Both the position numbers and the translations under genes were made by a program. Shown here piece by piece: positions 1-16,260 of a stretch of 53,201 bases of DNA. The notes below the pieces were generated by a model. It did not search any database and had not been told where the DNA came from. It saw nothing but the letters and a program-made list of their open reading frames with translations. The DNA is taken from NCBI GenBank assembly GCA_964016885.1, contig CAXHJY010001065.1, forward strand, positions 1-53,201, read 5' to 3'. This stretch comes from Eledone cirrhosa (taxonomy: Eukaryota). Position 1 is the first letter of the stretch. Every line of letters begins with the position of its first letter.

Positions 1-205
1 TTTCTTTTCACTCTCTCAAACACACACACGTACACATACACGTACAGCCACATTCACACACAAACACACAAATACACGTACACATACACGTACAGCCACA
101 TTCACACACACTCACACACAAACACACAAACGCACGTACACATAGACGTACAACCACATTCACACACAGACACACAAACACACGTACACATAGGCGTACA
201 GCCAT

Positions 206-269
<64 letters not shown>

Positions 270-400
270 ACAAACACACGTACACATAGACGTACAACCA
301 CACTCACACACACACAGACACACGTACACACAAACACTCACCTTCATATTCACCAACTCGCGCGCGCACACACACTCACCGCTTTATTACATCACACCTC
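1..400. repeat. (CA)n-derived minisatellite (cacacgtacacatacacgtacagccacatt units)
   Basis: Tandem CA-rich units with recurring cgtaca motifs are directly visible. Confidence 0.9.
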
Positions 401-409
401 AACAAAACA

Positions 410-967
410 CACTCCCTCTCTCGCCTAATCCTCTCTCTCTTCTCCCCTCTCTCTCTTGTTGTTCTGCTTCTCTCTTTCCCTCACTCTCTCCCCTCTCCTC
501 TCTCTGCTTGTCTCTCTCTCTCTGACACACACACACACTTACTTCCGCTCTCTTACACAGACAATCTCTCACACACCCTCCTTCACTCATTACATTTCGT
601 CTCTCTCTCTCTCTCTCTCAAACTCATATTCACTACCTCTCTCTTACTCTCTCTTCCTCTCTCTCTCTCCCTCTCAAACACATATTCACTACCTCACTCT
701 TACACATACTCTCTCTCTTTCACTCTCTCTCTCGCTCTCTCTCCTCTTTCACTCTATCTTTCTCTACACACAGAGACACTTTCTCTCTCTATCTTTCACT
801 CTCTCATCTTTACTCTCTCTCTCTGTCTCTGTCCCCCTCCATCTGGCTGTCTCTCTCTCTCTAATTCTCTCTCACCTCTCTCTCTCCCACCCTCTCTCTC
901 TCTATCTATCTATCTATCTCTACTACTTACTACCAATTATATTCAGTCGATCTAATTCTGCTTTATT

Positions 968-1004
<37 letters not shown>

Positions 1005-1453
1005 CCCCCCCCCCCCTCTTCTTCTTCCTGCTGCTCTTTCCTCTTCCTATCCCCCCTTCCTTATCTAACCTTTATTCACTCACACACAGATTGCTACTCC
1101 TTTCATTCTTCATACTCTCTCTCTCTCTATCCCTCTCTATTTGTATATATATCTCTCTCTCACCCCTCTCTCTCTGTCTCGTCACCCCCTCTCTCTCTAT
1201 ATATATATATCCCTCCTACCTCTCTTTCTCATTCGTCCTTTTTCTCACTATTACTCTCTCTCTCTCCCTCTCTCTCTTCTTCATACGCTCTCTTTTTCTC
1301 TCGCCCCTTCTCTCTCTCTCTCTCTCTCTAACACACAAATTCACTTCATTTCTACTTCATTCTCTCTCTCTCTCTCCCACACTCACTCACTGTCTCTCTC
1401 TCTCTCTCTTTCTCTCGCTCACTGTCACTCACTCACTGTCTCTCTCTCGCTCA

Positions 1454-1511
<58 letters not shown>

Positions 1512-1553
1512 ATCTATCTATCTATCTATCTCTCGCTCACTGTCACTCACTCA

Positions 1554-1617
<64 letters not shown>

Positions 1618-1642
1618 CTCGCTCACTGTCACTCTCTTTCTG

Positions 1643-1701
<59 letters not shown>

Positions 1702-1935
1702 CTCTTTCTCTCGCTCACTGTCTTTCCAACTGCATTTCTATTTCACTCTACATTCTCTCTCTCTCTCTCTCTCTCTCCCTCTCTCTCTCTCTCATTCACT
1801 CACTCACTCTATCTTACACATACACAGTCACACACACTCTCTCTCTACCTCTACCTCCCTCCCTCTCTCTCTCTCTCTCTCTACCTCCCTCCCTCTCTCT
1901 CTCTCTCTCTCTACCTCCCTCCCCCTCTCTCTCTC
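410..1935. repeat. Polypyrimidine (CT)n/(CTAT)n/(CACT)n low-complexity tract
   Basis: Directly visible; it accounts for the SLSLSL ORFs. Confidence 0.95.
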
Positions 1936-1944
1936 TGACGGCAG

Positions 1945-2069
1945 CAAGGAGATGCAACTAAGCCGTCCATCACGACGTCGTGTGTTGTGTTGTGCAGTTC
2001 CCAGGCCCTGTATCATCAAATCTGCTTCTCTACCAGAAAACGGACGCCATATTGCTATATACAAACCAG
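1945..2069 (+). other. Candidate exon, product unknown
   Basis: A unique-sequence island bounded by a pyrimidine tract plus ctgac...cag acceptor (1943-44) and a consensus donor CAG|GTGAGT (2070-75). Two frames are open (MQLSRPSRRRVLCC...YKPG or QGDATKPS...IQT). No recognisable homology. Confidence 0.4.
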
Positions 2070-2301
2070 GTGAGTGAATATATATATATATATGTGTGTA
2101 TGTATATGTATATGTGTGTATACACACATATATATATATATATGTGCGTATGTATATATATATATGTATTTGTCATACACGGACGTATTTACTCGTAGAC
2201 AAATACACACACACTGACAGGCCGACACATACTACGGATAAGGTAATGACACATACCTATGGAAAGAGGGTCTAATCGAAGAGAAATCAAACGTTGAATT
2301 G

Positions 2302-2348
<47 letters not shown>

Positions 2349-2420
2349 TGTGTGTGTGTGTGTATATATATATAACTACTTGTCTATTTATATGCATTCT
2401 CTTTCAATCATTTTTCCCTC

Positions 2421-2509
<89 letters not shown>

Positions 2510-2530
2510 CTTTATATATTTATATATATT

Positions 2531-2582
<52 letters not shown>

Positions 2583-3096
2583 CATACATACATGCTTACG
2601 GGTGTATGCGGGATATGAATGACATATGTACAATAGTGAAGTCATGTGTGTGTGTTTGTGTATTTGTGAGTGTGTTTCTGTGTGTGTTTGTGTTTGTGTG
2701 TGTGTGTGTTTCTGTGTGTGTGTGTTTCTGTGTGTGTGTGTATGTATGTGTGTGTGTGTAATATTATCAATAGCTAGTACGGTATGTACGATTCGAAACG
2801 AAGAAAACTGTAAAAAAAACTGTTTCTGCCAAATGTATTAACTTTACTACTGAGACCACTACACGGGCAGATCGTAAGAGTATATCTAGTTTTAAAAGAC
2901 ACCATTAAAGAACTGTACTATAGAGTAAAGTATGATATAATCTATAGTACTCATACATATGTAACGGCTGTATAGGTAGATTATAGGGGGGTAGCTATTA
3001 TATATAGGTGGGTAGGTGTTAGTAGACAGATCGTTGAGTTTCGTAACCCCCCAGCTCTTTCTCTCTCTCTGTTTTTCGGTGTGTGTGTGTGTCATA

Positions 3097-3140
<44 letters not shown>

Positions 3141-3263
3141 CTGTGTAAAGAGGGGGGTTATTTGAGTGTAAGAGCGAAATTCAGCAAATATGGTTTCATT
3201 CGATATAATTATGTAATAATATAGTTTTTCCACTCGCCTCTCTGCGTTGCTTTCAGACTAGTG

Positions 3264-3347
<84 letters not shown>

Positions 3348-3731
3348 TGTGTGAGTGTGTATGTTTCCTGAGCGTGTGTATATCTATAAATATATTAGTG
3401 AAATCCTCTTTGTGGTTATAAACTACTTATAAAATTTGTCTGCCTCCCCCCGGTCAGTCGTGGTCTTCCTCAGGCCGCGTCTATATATATATATATCTAT
3501 ATATATATATATATATAGATATAGATATATATATATAGATATATAGATATATATAGATATATAGATATATAGATATATATATATAGATATATGTATATAT
3601 ATATATATATATATATAGATATATAGATATATAGATATATATATATGTATATATATATATATGTATATATATATATAGAGATAGATATATATATATGTGT
3701 GTATATATATATATGTATATATATATATATG

Positions 3732-3780
<49 letters not shown>

Positions 3781-3799
3781 GTGTGTATATATATATATG

Positions 3800-3856
<57 letters not shown>

Positions 3857-3859
<3 letters not shown>

Positions 3860-4037
3860 AACAAGTAAGACCCCGACGGCTGAGCTCAAGCCGTTTCGAC
3901 GGCTAATTCTTAGCCGTCGAAACGGCTTGAGCTCAGCCCTCGGGTCTTACTTGTTCCTATTACCCACTCTACTACCCTAAGTATTGAGTACTTTGGTGCG
4001 TTATGGTCCATCTGGTTCCTTACCACATTTCCTTCGT

Positions 4038-4038
<1 letters not shown>
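3857..4038 (+). mobile_element. Family A fold-back element (Penelope-like pLTR terminus) with hammerhead 3' half
   Basis: Inverted arm of about 50 bp, then GAAACGGC-loop-GCC(G/C)TC-GGGTC, GTATTGAGTAC at 3981 and tail ttccttcgtt; flanked by (TA)n on both sides. Confidence 0.75.
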
Positions 4039-4070
<32 letters not shown>

Positions 4071-4083
4071 GTATATATATATG

Positions 4084-4184
<101 letters not shown>

Positions 4185-4197
4185 GTATATATATATG

Positions 4198-4228
<31 letters not shown>

Positions 4229-4229
4229 G

Positions 4230-4260
<31 letters not shown>

Positions 4261-4261
4261 G

Positions 4262-4354
<93 letters not shown>

Positions 4355-4401
4355 TTATATACATATATATATGTATATATATATATATTTATATATATAT
4401 T

Positions 4402-4751
<350 letters not shown>

Positions 4752-4758
4752 ATTTATT

Positions 4759-4811
<53 letters not shown>

Positions 4812-4867
4812 ATATATATATTTATATACATATATATATATATACATATATACATATATATATATAC

Positions 4868-4909
<42 letters not shown>

Positions 4910-4912
<3 letters not shown>

Positions 4913-5110
4913 GGCGTGTGGCTGAGTGGTTAGAGAATTGGATTCGCAATCGTAAGGTTGTGAGTTCGATTCCTGGACCAGGCGATGCGTTATGTCCTTG
5001 AGCAAGACACTTTATTTCACGTCGCTCCTTCTACCTGGAGTTGCGACCGATAGATAGTATTAGCAAGTGGAAAGACCAACGGAAACATTGTTCCGAAAGT
5101 CGATCGTTCC
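4910..5110 (+). mobile_element. tRNA-derived SINE with Meta/CORE-like central domain
   Basis: A box TGGCTGAGTGG, B box GTTCGATTCC and tgtccttgagcaagacacttt domain; near-identical inverted copy at 10658-10874. Confidence 0.85.
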
Positions 5111-5131
5111 TATATATATATATATGTATAT

Positions 5132-5165
<34 letters not shown>

Positions 5166-5189
5166 GTATATATATGTATAAGTTATATA

Positions 5190-5240
<51 letters not shown>

Positions 5241-5255
5241 GTATATATATATATG

Positions 5256-5314
<59 letters not shown>

Positions 5315-5357
5315 GTATATATATATATGTATATATATATATGTATATATATATATG

Positions 5358-5460
<103 letters not shown>

Positions 5461-5651
5461 ATACCTATATATATTTATACATATATGGATATATATACAT
5501 ATACAGTATATGAATATATACATACATATATATGTGCATATATATATATATATATTTATATATATGTGTATAGATATATATGTATATATAGAGAGAGAGA
5601 CAGATATATAGATAACTAGTTCAATATATATATATAAAGTTATATACATAT

Positions 5652-5695
<44 letters not shown>

Positions 5696-5756
5696 ATATG
5701 TAATCATATATATATACATATGTCATGTATGTATATATATATACATATATGTCATG

Positions 5757-5820
<64 letters not shown>

Positions 5821-6029
5821 TATATATATATATTTATACACACAAATATATATATGTTATATATAAACACATATGAATATTCATACATGTACGCATATAT
5901 ATATACATATTTATATCCATATATATATATCTATTTATATATATATATATAATAATAATAATAATTAAGCTCTGTTGCCTACATAGAGCACTCTTTTTTC
6001 CTGGACTTTTCCGATGGAATTACTTCATT

Positions 6030-6094
<65 letters not shown>

Positions 6095-6133
6095 CTATAT
6101 ATATGTATTTATATCTATATATATGTATTTATA

Positions 6134-6188
<55 letters not shown>

Positions 6189-6217
6189 CTATATATATAT
6201 ATATATATATTTATATC

Positions 6218-6334
<117 letters not shown>

Positions 6335-6359
6335 TTATATATATATTTATATATATATA

Positions 6360-6560
<201 letters not shown>

Positions 6561-6563
6561 ATC

Positions 6564-6600
<37 letters not shown>

Positions 6601-6910
6601 ATATCTATATATATATTTATATATATATATATATCTATATATATATATATATATTTATATCTATATATATATATATATATTTATATCTATATATATATAT
6701 ATATTATATTTATATTATATATATATATTTATATCCATATATATATATATATATTTATATCCATATATATATATATATATATATATTTATATCCATATAT
6801 ATATATATATATATATTTATATCCATATATATATATATATATATATATTTATATCCATATATATATATATATATATATTTATATCCATATATATATATAT
6901 ATAATTATAT

Positions 6911-6992
<82 letters not shown>

Positions 6993-7052
6993 CCATATAT
7001 ATATATATATATATTTATATCCATATATATATATATATATATATATTTATAT

Positions 7053-7092
<40 letters not shown>

Positions 7093-7282
7093 CCATATAT
7101 ATATATCCATATATATATCTATATATATATATATATATTTATATCCATATATATATCTATATATATATATTTATATCTATATATATATATTTATATCCAT
7201 ATATATATCTATATATATATATTTATATCTATATATATATATATATTTATATCCATATATATATATATATATATATTTATAT

Positions 7283-7324
<42 letters not shown>

Positions 7325-8051
7325 CCATATATATTTATATCTATATATATATATATCTATATATATATATATATTTATATCCATATATATATCTATATAT
7401 ATATATTTATATCTATATATATATGTATATTTATATCCATATATATATATATCTATATATATATATTTATATCCATATATATATTATATATCTATATATA
7501 TATATTTATATCTATATATATATATATATTTATATCTATATATATATATATATTTATATCCATATATATATATATATCTATATATATATTTATATCTATA
7601 TATATATATATATTTATATCCATATATATATATATCTATATATATATATATTTATATCCATATATCTATATATCTATATATATATATTTATATCCATATA
7701 TATATATATCTATATATATATATTTATATCTATATATATATATTTATATCTATATGTATATATATATTTATATCGATATATATATATATCTATATATATA
7801 TATTTATATCTATATATATATATATTTATATCCATATATATATATTTATATCTATATATATATATTTATATCCATATATATATATATCTATATATATATA
7901 TTTATATCTATATATATATATTTATATCTATATGTATATATATATTTATATCGATATATATATATATCTATATATATATATTTATATCTATATATATATA
8001 TATATTTATATCCATATATATATATTTATATCTATATATATATATTTATAT

Positions 8052-8135
<84 letters not shown>

Positions 8136-8169
8136 CCATATATATATATATATATATATATTTATGTCC

Positions 8170-8216
<47 letters not shown>

Positions 8217-8252
8217 CCATATATATATATATATATATATATATTTATGTCC

Positions 8253-8327
<75 letters not shown>

Positions 8328-8352
8328 CCATATATATATATATATCTATATA

Positions 8353-8472
8353 TAGATGAGATTCTACAGGACTAGAACTGTTTCATTCTTTAGAAATCAT
8401 CAGGAATCTTTTATACTCTGCAATGTATTGAGTACCTTACTTACTGTGGTTACCTCCGATTCAACCGGAATA
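8353..8472 (+). mobile_element. Family B Penelope-like terminus (inverted hammerhead arm plus tail)
   Basis: Matches 16253-16433; GTATTGAGTAC at 8425; sits in (TA)n. Confidence 0.75.
8360..8408 (-). ncRNA. Type I hammerhead ribozyme (family B)
   Basis: Minus strand reads GATTC-CTGATGA-TTTCTAAAGAAT-GAAACAG-TTCTAGTC-CTGT-A-GAATC. Stems I and III pair perfectly; stem II is weak; GUA cleavage triplet. Confidence 0.8.
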
Positions 8473-8631
8473 ATATATCTATATCTATATATATATATAT
8501 ATATAGATATATTTATATCTCTATATATATATATATATATATTTATATCTATATATATATATATATATATATTTATATCTATATATATATATATATTTAT
8601 ATCTATATATATATATATATATATATTTATA

Positions 8632-8668
<37 letters not shown>

Positions 8669-8727
8669 CTATATATATATATATATATATTTATATCTAT
8701 ATATATATATATATATATATTTATATC

Positions 8728-8758
<31 letters not shown>

Positions 8759-8863
8759 CTATATATATATATATATATATATTTATATCTATATATATAT
8801 ATATATATATATTTATATCTATATATATATATATATATATATTTATATCGATATATATATATA

Positions 8864-8926
<63 letters not shown>

Positions 8927-9045
8927 CCATATATATATATATCTATATATATATTTATATATATATTTATATCCATATATATATATATATATATATATCG
9001 ATATATATATACATATATACATATATACAAATACATGTATATGTA

Positions 9046-9119
<74 letters not shown>

Positions 9120-9290
9120 TATTTACATATATATATATATATACATGTGTGTATGTGTGTACACGACGTTGGTCTTCCGTCCACCGAATCCATTCAGCGA
9201 GGATTCATCAATTCGAAGCGAGATGAGAAGATATTTTCTCAATATGCCACGCAAACACTTATATATACAATTAAACATACACACAAACTC

Positions 9291-9336
<46 letters not shown>

Positions 9337-9664
9337 GTACCTGTATGCATATATATGTATATATATAGGTATGTGCATGTGTGTTTATATATATATATAT
9401 ATATTATGTATATCATTCATTTGTATATATATATATATGAATGTATATATGTATATAATATATATCATACATTTGTATATATATATGTATTTATATATAT
9501 TTATATATATATAATTATATTAATTCATATATACTAACACACACACATATATATATATATATATATGTGCGTGTGTATGTATTTATATATATATATTTAT
9601 ATTTATTCATATATACAAACTAACACATATATATATATAAATATATAAATATACAAATATATAA

Positions 9665-9732
<68 letters not shown>

Positions 9733-9977
9733 AAATCATCCATGTGTTTGCTGTATTAACATTATACGGCGGCTGGTCCTAAAGTGGAGGAACATGTTTG
9801 ATAGAGAGAAGAATGTGACTGAGTGATAGTTATATAACGATGTAAGGATAAATCGGAAAGGTTTGGTATTGCTTGCATAATACAACTGTATATATTCCCT
9901 CATATACTATCTTATATATAGCAGGGTATCGAAGTAGCTGGTGGTTCTTTCTAGGCATGCATGTATGCATGTTTGAC

Positions 9978-10013
<36 letters not shown>

Positions 10014-10097
10014 TATTCCCATATTTTTCATATATACATATATATATATATATAAATATATACATATATATATATATATATTTTGCTTCTCCACGTA

Positions 10098-10172
<75 letters not shown>

Positions 10173-10174
<2 letters not shown>

Positions 10175-10338
10175 CGAAGGAATTGTGGTAAGGAACCAGA
10201 TGGACCATAACCTATCAGAGTACTCAATACTTAGGGTTGTAGAGTGGGTAATAGGAAAATGTGCTCAAGCCATTTCGACGGCTATTTCTGGAAATAGCCG
10301 TCGAAACGGCTTGAGCTCTGCCGTCAGGGTCATACTCT

Positions 10339-10342
<4 letters not shown>
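10173..10342 (-). mobile_element. Family A fold-back element
   Basis: Same tail, GTACTCAATAC motif and hairpin; internal deletion; TA-flanked. Confidence 0.75.
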
Positions 10343-10382
<40 letters not shown>

Positions 10383-10657
10383 CATATATGCTTGTGTTAT
10401 GTCTCCTTGGCTGTAATACATGTAAGAAATGTGTTTATCTGCCTGTCTCTTTGTCTTTACATCTCTCTATCTGTCGCTGTTTCGTAATTTTCAGTTTATG
10501 CATGCTTGATGCACGTTTGTACGTATGTATGTATATATATATATATGTTTGTATGCACGTTTGTATGTATGTATATATGTATATATCTATCTATATATAT
10601 ATATATATGTTTGTATGCACGTTTGTATGTATGTATATATGTATATATCTATATGAA

Positions 10658-10874
10658 GGAACGATCGACTTTCGTCAAATCGGACCGAGGGAACAATGTT
10701 TCCGTTGGTCTTTCCACTTGCTAATACTATCTATCGGTCGCAACTCCAGGTAGAAGGAGCAACGTGAAATAAAGTGTCTTGCTCAAGGACATAACGCATC
10801 ACCTGGTCCAGGAATCGAACTCACAACCTTACGATTGCGAATCCAATTCCCTAACCACTCAGCCACACGCCTTC
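10658..10874 (-). mobile_element. tRNA-derived SINE (same family as 4910-5110)
   Basis: Reverse-complement match over about 200 bp. Confidence 0.85.
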
Positions 10875-11034
10875 ACTATATATATATATATATGTTTGTA
10901 TGCACGTTTGTATGTATATATGTATATATATATATGTTTGTATGCACGTTTGTATGTATGTATATATATGTACGTTTGTATGTATATATATATATGTACG
11001 TTTGTATGTGTATATATGTATGTATGCACGTTTG

Positions 11035-11067
<33 letters not shown>

Positions 11068-11528
11068 ACGTTTGTATGTATGTATATATGTATATATATA
11101 TATATATATATGTTTGTATGCACATTTGTATGTATCTATATATGTATGTGTATATGTATATATATATATATATATGTTTGTATGCACGTTTGTATGTATG
11201 TATGTATATGTACGTTTGTATGTATGTATGTATATATGTGTGTACGTTTGTATGTATGTATATATGCGTATATGTGTATATTTTGTGCGTATGTTTGTAT
11301 GTAGCATGATGCACTGTTGCCTGCACTTTATGTGGTCTATTATCACCACGCGGGTACACGTAGCCACATCGATATCAAAGTACAGACATATATATATATA
11401 TACATGTGTATATATATATATATATATATACTTATATATAGTGTGTGTATATAATTATATGTATATATATATATATGAATATGTATATAAATATGTCTAT
11501 AAATATATGTATACATATATATATATGG

Positions 11529-11560
<32 letters not shown>

Positions 11561-11770
11561 GTATATATATATATGTATATATATATATGTGTGTATACAT
11601 GTATATATATATATATGTATATATTTATAATTATTATATATGTGTGTGTGTGTGTGTGTGTATTTATATATACATATATGCATAAGTATATATATATGTA
11701 TACGTGTATATACGTGTATATGTATATATATATGTATATATATATGTATATATATATGTATATATATATA

Positions 11771-11894
11771 GCGAAGGAAAAGTGGTAAGGAACCAGGTGG
11801 ACCATAACGCACCAAAGTACTCAATACTTAGGGTAGTAGAGTGAGTAATAGGAGTAAGTAAGACCCCGACGGCTGAGCTCAAGCCGTTTCGACG
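11771..11894 (-). mobile_element. Family A element, 5'-truncated, no inverted arm
   Basis: Tail, motif and hammerhead stem III are present; it ends in stem II sequence (tttcgacg). Confidence 0.75.
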
Positions 11895-12233
11895 TATATA
11901 TATATATATATATATTCGATGTATATATATATATATAAATATATATTTGTATATATATACATATGTAAATGTATATATATATATATGTATATAAATGTTA
12001 GTACAGCATAGACGAAGCTCTAGTATACGGCCAAGCTAGTGTGTATGCTTAACCGGTTTGTAACTTTAGCACTCAGATGAGATAAGACCCCAGAGTATAA
12101 CATTACGTTCAGACAGCTTAGCAAATTAGATATAGCGGTCGGCAGTCCGACCGCATCACCAGAGCAACGAAAATACAGGACCCAGGAAAAGATTTTTTAC
12201 TGACATACGTATATATATATATGTGAGTGTGTG

Positions 12234-12320
<87 letters not shown>

Positions 12321-12675
12321 TTATATATATTCATACTTATGTATATTTATATATATTACTTCATTTATATATAAACATATACACTATTTAAAAAATATAG
12401 TATACTGAAAATTAACTTTAACATATATATTCACACACACACACACACATATATAATTTTTTTTTGCATTTCTTGAGGAGACTTTCCAAATATTTAGCTA
12501 TGTTTTATATTGCCTCGTCCGACGAACGAATGAAGACGTTTCTTTCGTATTCGCCTTATTCGGGAAACCTCTGGTAATGAGGTAATTATATTGTATTGTT
12601 CTTTTTTATACATAAAATTTTGCTCTGGTACTTCACTCCTATGACTTTTTCTGTTTTCAACGGAAACTTCAATAC

Positions 12676-12720
<45 letters not shown>

Positions 12721-12722
<2 letters not shown>

Positions 12723-12909
12723 CGAAAGAGATGTGGTAAAGAACCAGGTGGACCATAACACACCAAAGTACTCAATACTTAGGGTAGTAGTGTGGGTAAT
12801 AGGAACCAGTAAGACCCCGACGGCTGAGCTCAAGCCGTTTCGACGGCTAATTCTGGACTGAATTAGCCGTCGAAACAGCTTGACCTCAGCCGTCGGGGTC
12901 TTACTGGTT

Positions 12910-12912
<3 letters not shown>
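12721..12912 (-). mobile_element. Family A fold-back element
   Basis: Hairpin aggaaccagtaagaccccg...cggggtcttactggttcct plus tail. Confidence 0.75.
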
Positions 12913-12946
<34 letters not shown>

Positions 12947-12996
12947 CCGATCCTGGTATTGCTAAATATACTGGGTCTGTCAACTCCTTATTATTA

Positions 12997-13105
12997 CGTC
13001 CCTTTAGGGTCTGAGTTCAAATCCCGCCAAGGTGAACTTTACCTTTCATCCTTACGGTGATACAGGAGATAATTGCTGGCCTTGTGCCAAAAGTAGAAAC
13101 AATTA
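12997..13105 (+). mobile_element. Nin/Deu-domain tRNA SINE, partial
   Basis: B box gagttcaaatcc, cctttcatccttacgg domain and tail gctggccttgtgccaaaagtagaaacaatt. Confidence 0.8.
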
Positions 13106-13211
13106 TATATATATATATATTTATATGTACGTGTGTATATATATATGTGTGTATGAATGTATAATTATATATATACATATATATGTACGTATATATAAGT
13201 TTATATATACG

Positions 13212-13266
<55 letters not shown>

Positions 13267-13303
13267 ATATATATGTGTATATTATATATATATATATACA
13301 CAC

Positions 13304-13384
<81 letters not shown>

Positions 13385-13509
13385 ATATATGTGTATATAT
13401 ATGTGTATATTATATATATATATATACACACATATATATATTCGGAATTATTCCGTTACCAGGATTTTCAAGATCTACCAGTTACGATAGCGTAACTCTC
13501 CTAAACCTG

Positions 13510-14330
13510 TATATAATATATATATATATGTGTGTGTTTATATATGTGTATATATAAATGTGTGTGTGTGTGTTTATATATATGTATATATAAATGTGTG
13601 TGTGTGTGTTTATATATGTGTATATATAAATGTGTGTGTGTGTGTGTTTATATATATGTACATATAAATGTGTGTGTGTGTGTTTATATATATGTATATA
13701 TAAATGTGTGTGTGTGTGTTTATATATGTGTATATATAAATGTGTGTGTGTGTTTATATATATGTATATATAAATGTGTGTGTGTGTTTATATATGTACA
13801 TATAAATGTGTGTGTGTGTGTTTATATATGTGTATATATAAATGCGTGTGTGTGTGTTTATATATATGTACATATAAATGTGTGCGTGTGTTTATATATA
13901 TGTATATATAAATGTGTGCGTGTGTTTATATATATATAAATGTGTGTGTGTGTGTTTATATATGTGTATATATAAATATGTGTGTGTGTGTGTGTTTATA
14001 TATGTGCATATATAAATGCGTGTGTGTGTGTTTATATATGTGTATATATAAATGTGTGTTTATATATGTGTACATATAAATGTGTGTGTGTGTGTGTTTA
14101 TATATACGTATATATAAATGTGTGTGTGTGTGTTTATATATGTGTATATATAAATGCGTGTGTGTGTGTTTATATATATGTACATATAAATGTGTGTGTT
14201 TATATATATGTATATATAAATGTGTGTGTGTGTGTGTTTATATATATATGTATATATAAATGTGTGTGTGTGTGTGTTTATATATGTGTGTATATAAATG
14301 TGTATGTGTGTGTGTTTATATATGTGTGTA
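13510..14330. repeat. Compound minisatellite aaat(gt)n-tt-(at)n, about 30-38 bp period
   Basis: Directly visible. Confidence 0.9.
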
Positions 14331-14706
14331 TGAGGTTACACTCCGTAACTAACGGCTTCGTCGTTCACAACATAGATAAACATTACAATCACGTAAACAA
14401 TCGCGGCGGTTGTTGAACTCTTAACAGATCAATATCGACTAGTTGCACATGTAGTATTGAACCAGTAAACACGTGTGACCGAGAAAAACATGTTGATCGA
14501 GTCTATTTACAATTATCGATACATCTCATATATTCACTTAGAAATTTAATTTCAAACAACGACAAAAAAAAATCAATCATACCGACGTGTACAGTTTCAC
14601 ACAACTATATTATGTGTGTATGTATGTGTGTATGTATGTGTGTGTATGTGTGTATGTATGTGTGTATGTATGTGCGTGTGTGTATATATATATACTTATA
14701 TATAAA

Positions 14707-14768
<62 letters not shown>

Positions 14769-14774
<6 letters not shown>

Positions 14775-14847
14775 ACCCCGACGGCAGAGCCCAAGCCGTT
14801 TCGGCGGCTATTTCTGGATGAGCTCTGCCGTCGGGGTCATACATTTT

Positions 14848-14849
<2 letters not shown>
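14769..14849. mobile_element. Family A hairpin-only remnant
   Basis: gtatgaccccgacggcagag...ctctgccgtcggggtcatac in (TA)n. Confidence 0.7.
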
Positions 14850-14896
<47 letters not shown>

Positions 14897-14974
14897 ACCA
14901 CTCCACTCTCAAGAGCGTGAAACTAATAAACCTTTGTTCGTACTGCCTCTCTCTTTTGTTCCCGTTCAATTTTT

Positions 14975-15014
<40 letters not shown>

Positions 15015-15034
15015 TTATGTATACATTTAAATAT

Positions 15035-15085
<51 letters not shown>

Positions 15086-15155
15086 CACATAAATATATAT
15101 ATATATACATAAATGTATATATATATATACATTTACGTATACATTTAAATATGTG

Positions 15156-15194
<39 letters not shown>

Positions 15195-15282
15195 GTTGAG
15201 AAGGTCACACACCAGAGAGAGAGATATAGTGCGTTATCAATAATACAGGGAAAAAAACCACCAGTGTATGGAATCTATATAT

Positions 15283-15464
15283 AACTGTTTCTACTTTAGG
15301 CACAAGGCCAGCAATTACCCAGTACATTACTGGTACTTTATTTTATCGACCTCGTAAGGATGAAAGGCAAAGTTAACCTCGGCGGGATTTGAACTCAGAC
15401 TGTAAAGGGACGTAACTATGCTAGAAAGCATGGCGTCCAACCCTCTACCGATACTGCCAATTCA
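15283..15464 (-). mobile_element. Nin/Deu-domain tRNA SINE, near full length
   Basis: Reverse complement has A box TGGCAGTATCGG, B box GAGTTCAAATCC, gcctttcatccttacgaggtcgataaaataaagtaccag and the family tail. Confidence 0.85.
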
Positions 15465-15496
15465 CATAACGACGGCCTATGCCTCCGTTAATTTAT

Positions 15497-15592
<96 letters not shown>

Positions 15593-15595
<3 letters not shown>

Positions 15596-15798
15596 AGAAA
15601 TTATGACCCCCGACGGCAGAGCTCAAGCCGTTTCGACGGCTATTTCTGGACAGACTATTTCGAGTCCAGAAATACCCGTCGAAACGGCTTGAGCTCTGCC
15701 GTCGGGGTCATACTTTCTCCTATTACCCACTCTATACTCTAAGTATTGAGTACTTTGGTGCGTTATGGTCCATCTGGTTGCTTATCACAACTCCTCCG

Positions 15799-15800
<2 letters not shown>
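15593..15800 (+). mobile_element. Family A fold-back element
   Basis: Inverted arms, GAAACGGC...GCCGTC-GGGGTC, GTATTGAGTAC at about 15743, tail. Confidence 0.75.
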
Positions 15801-15836
<36 letters not shown>

Positions 15837-16000
15837 AATTCCACACGCCCTAAATATATATATATATAATCATACGTTTATATGGATACATAGGTGTATA
15901 TGTATACGTATATAAGGGTGGGGTGTACGTATATATATATATATATATATATATACATAAATAAATATATATGTATACGTATATAAGGGTGGAGGTGCAC

Positions 16001-16049
<49 letters not shown>

Positions 16050-16214
16050 TATATATCCGTATATCATACCCGGATAAGACACTGGTCAACGGATTTCACG
16101 ATACTTGAGATAGTAGAATATTGGTATATATATTTATATATATATATAATGTATATATATGTATGTATGTTTGTAGAATTACATAAGTATAAACACGTAT
16201 ATTTGGGTGAGGCC

Positions 16215-16252
<38 letters not shown>

Positions 16253-16260
<8 letters not shown>

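Noticed and set aside
3445-3480. Minus-strand CTGAGGAAGACC hammerhead start
   Set aside because: No closing stem II strand or GAAA follows.
3857-4038. Family A read as a MITE or Helitron, or as a recurring small ORF ([23 protein letters not shown])
   Set aside because: The inverted repeat is asymmetric with variable junctions and a one-sided tail, and it contains a hammerhead half. The ORFs use alternative starts and run into microsatellite.
4910-4982. tRNA gene
   Set aside because: A and B boxes are present but there is no proper acceptor stem, and the sequence continues into a SINE body found in three copies.
12135-12154. GC-rich hairpin gcggtcgg-cagt-ccgaccgc read as a Helitron 3' end or terminator
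   Set aside because: No downstream CTRR or U-tract and no second copy in the window.
12515-12592. Hammerhead at GAAACCTC...GAGGTA
   Set aside because: Stem III and a GUA triplet are present, but there is no valid CUGANGA core or stem I partner; at best a decayed remnant.
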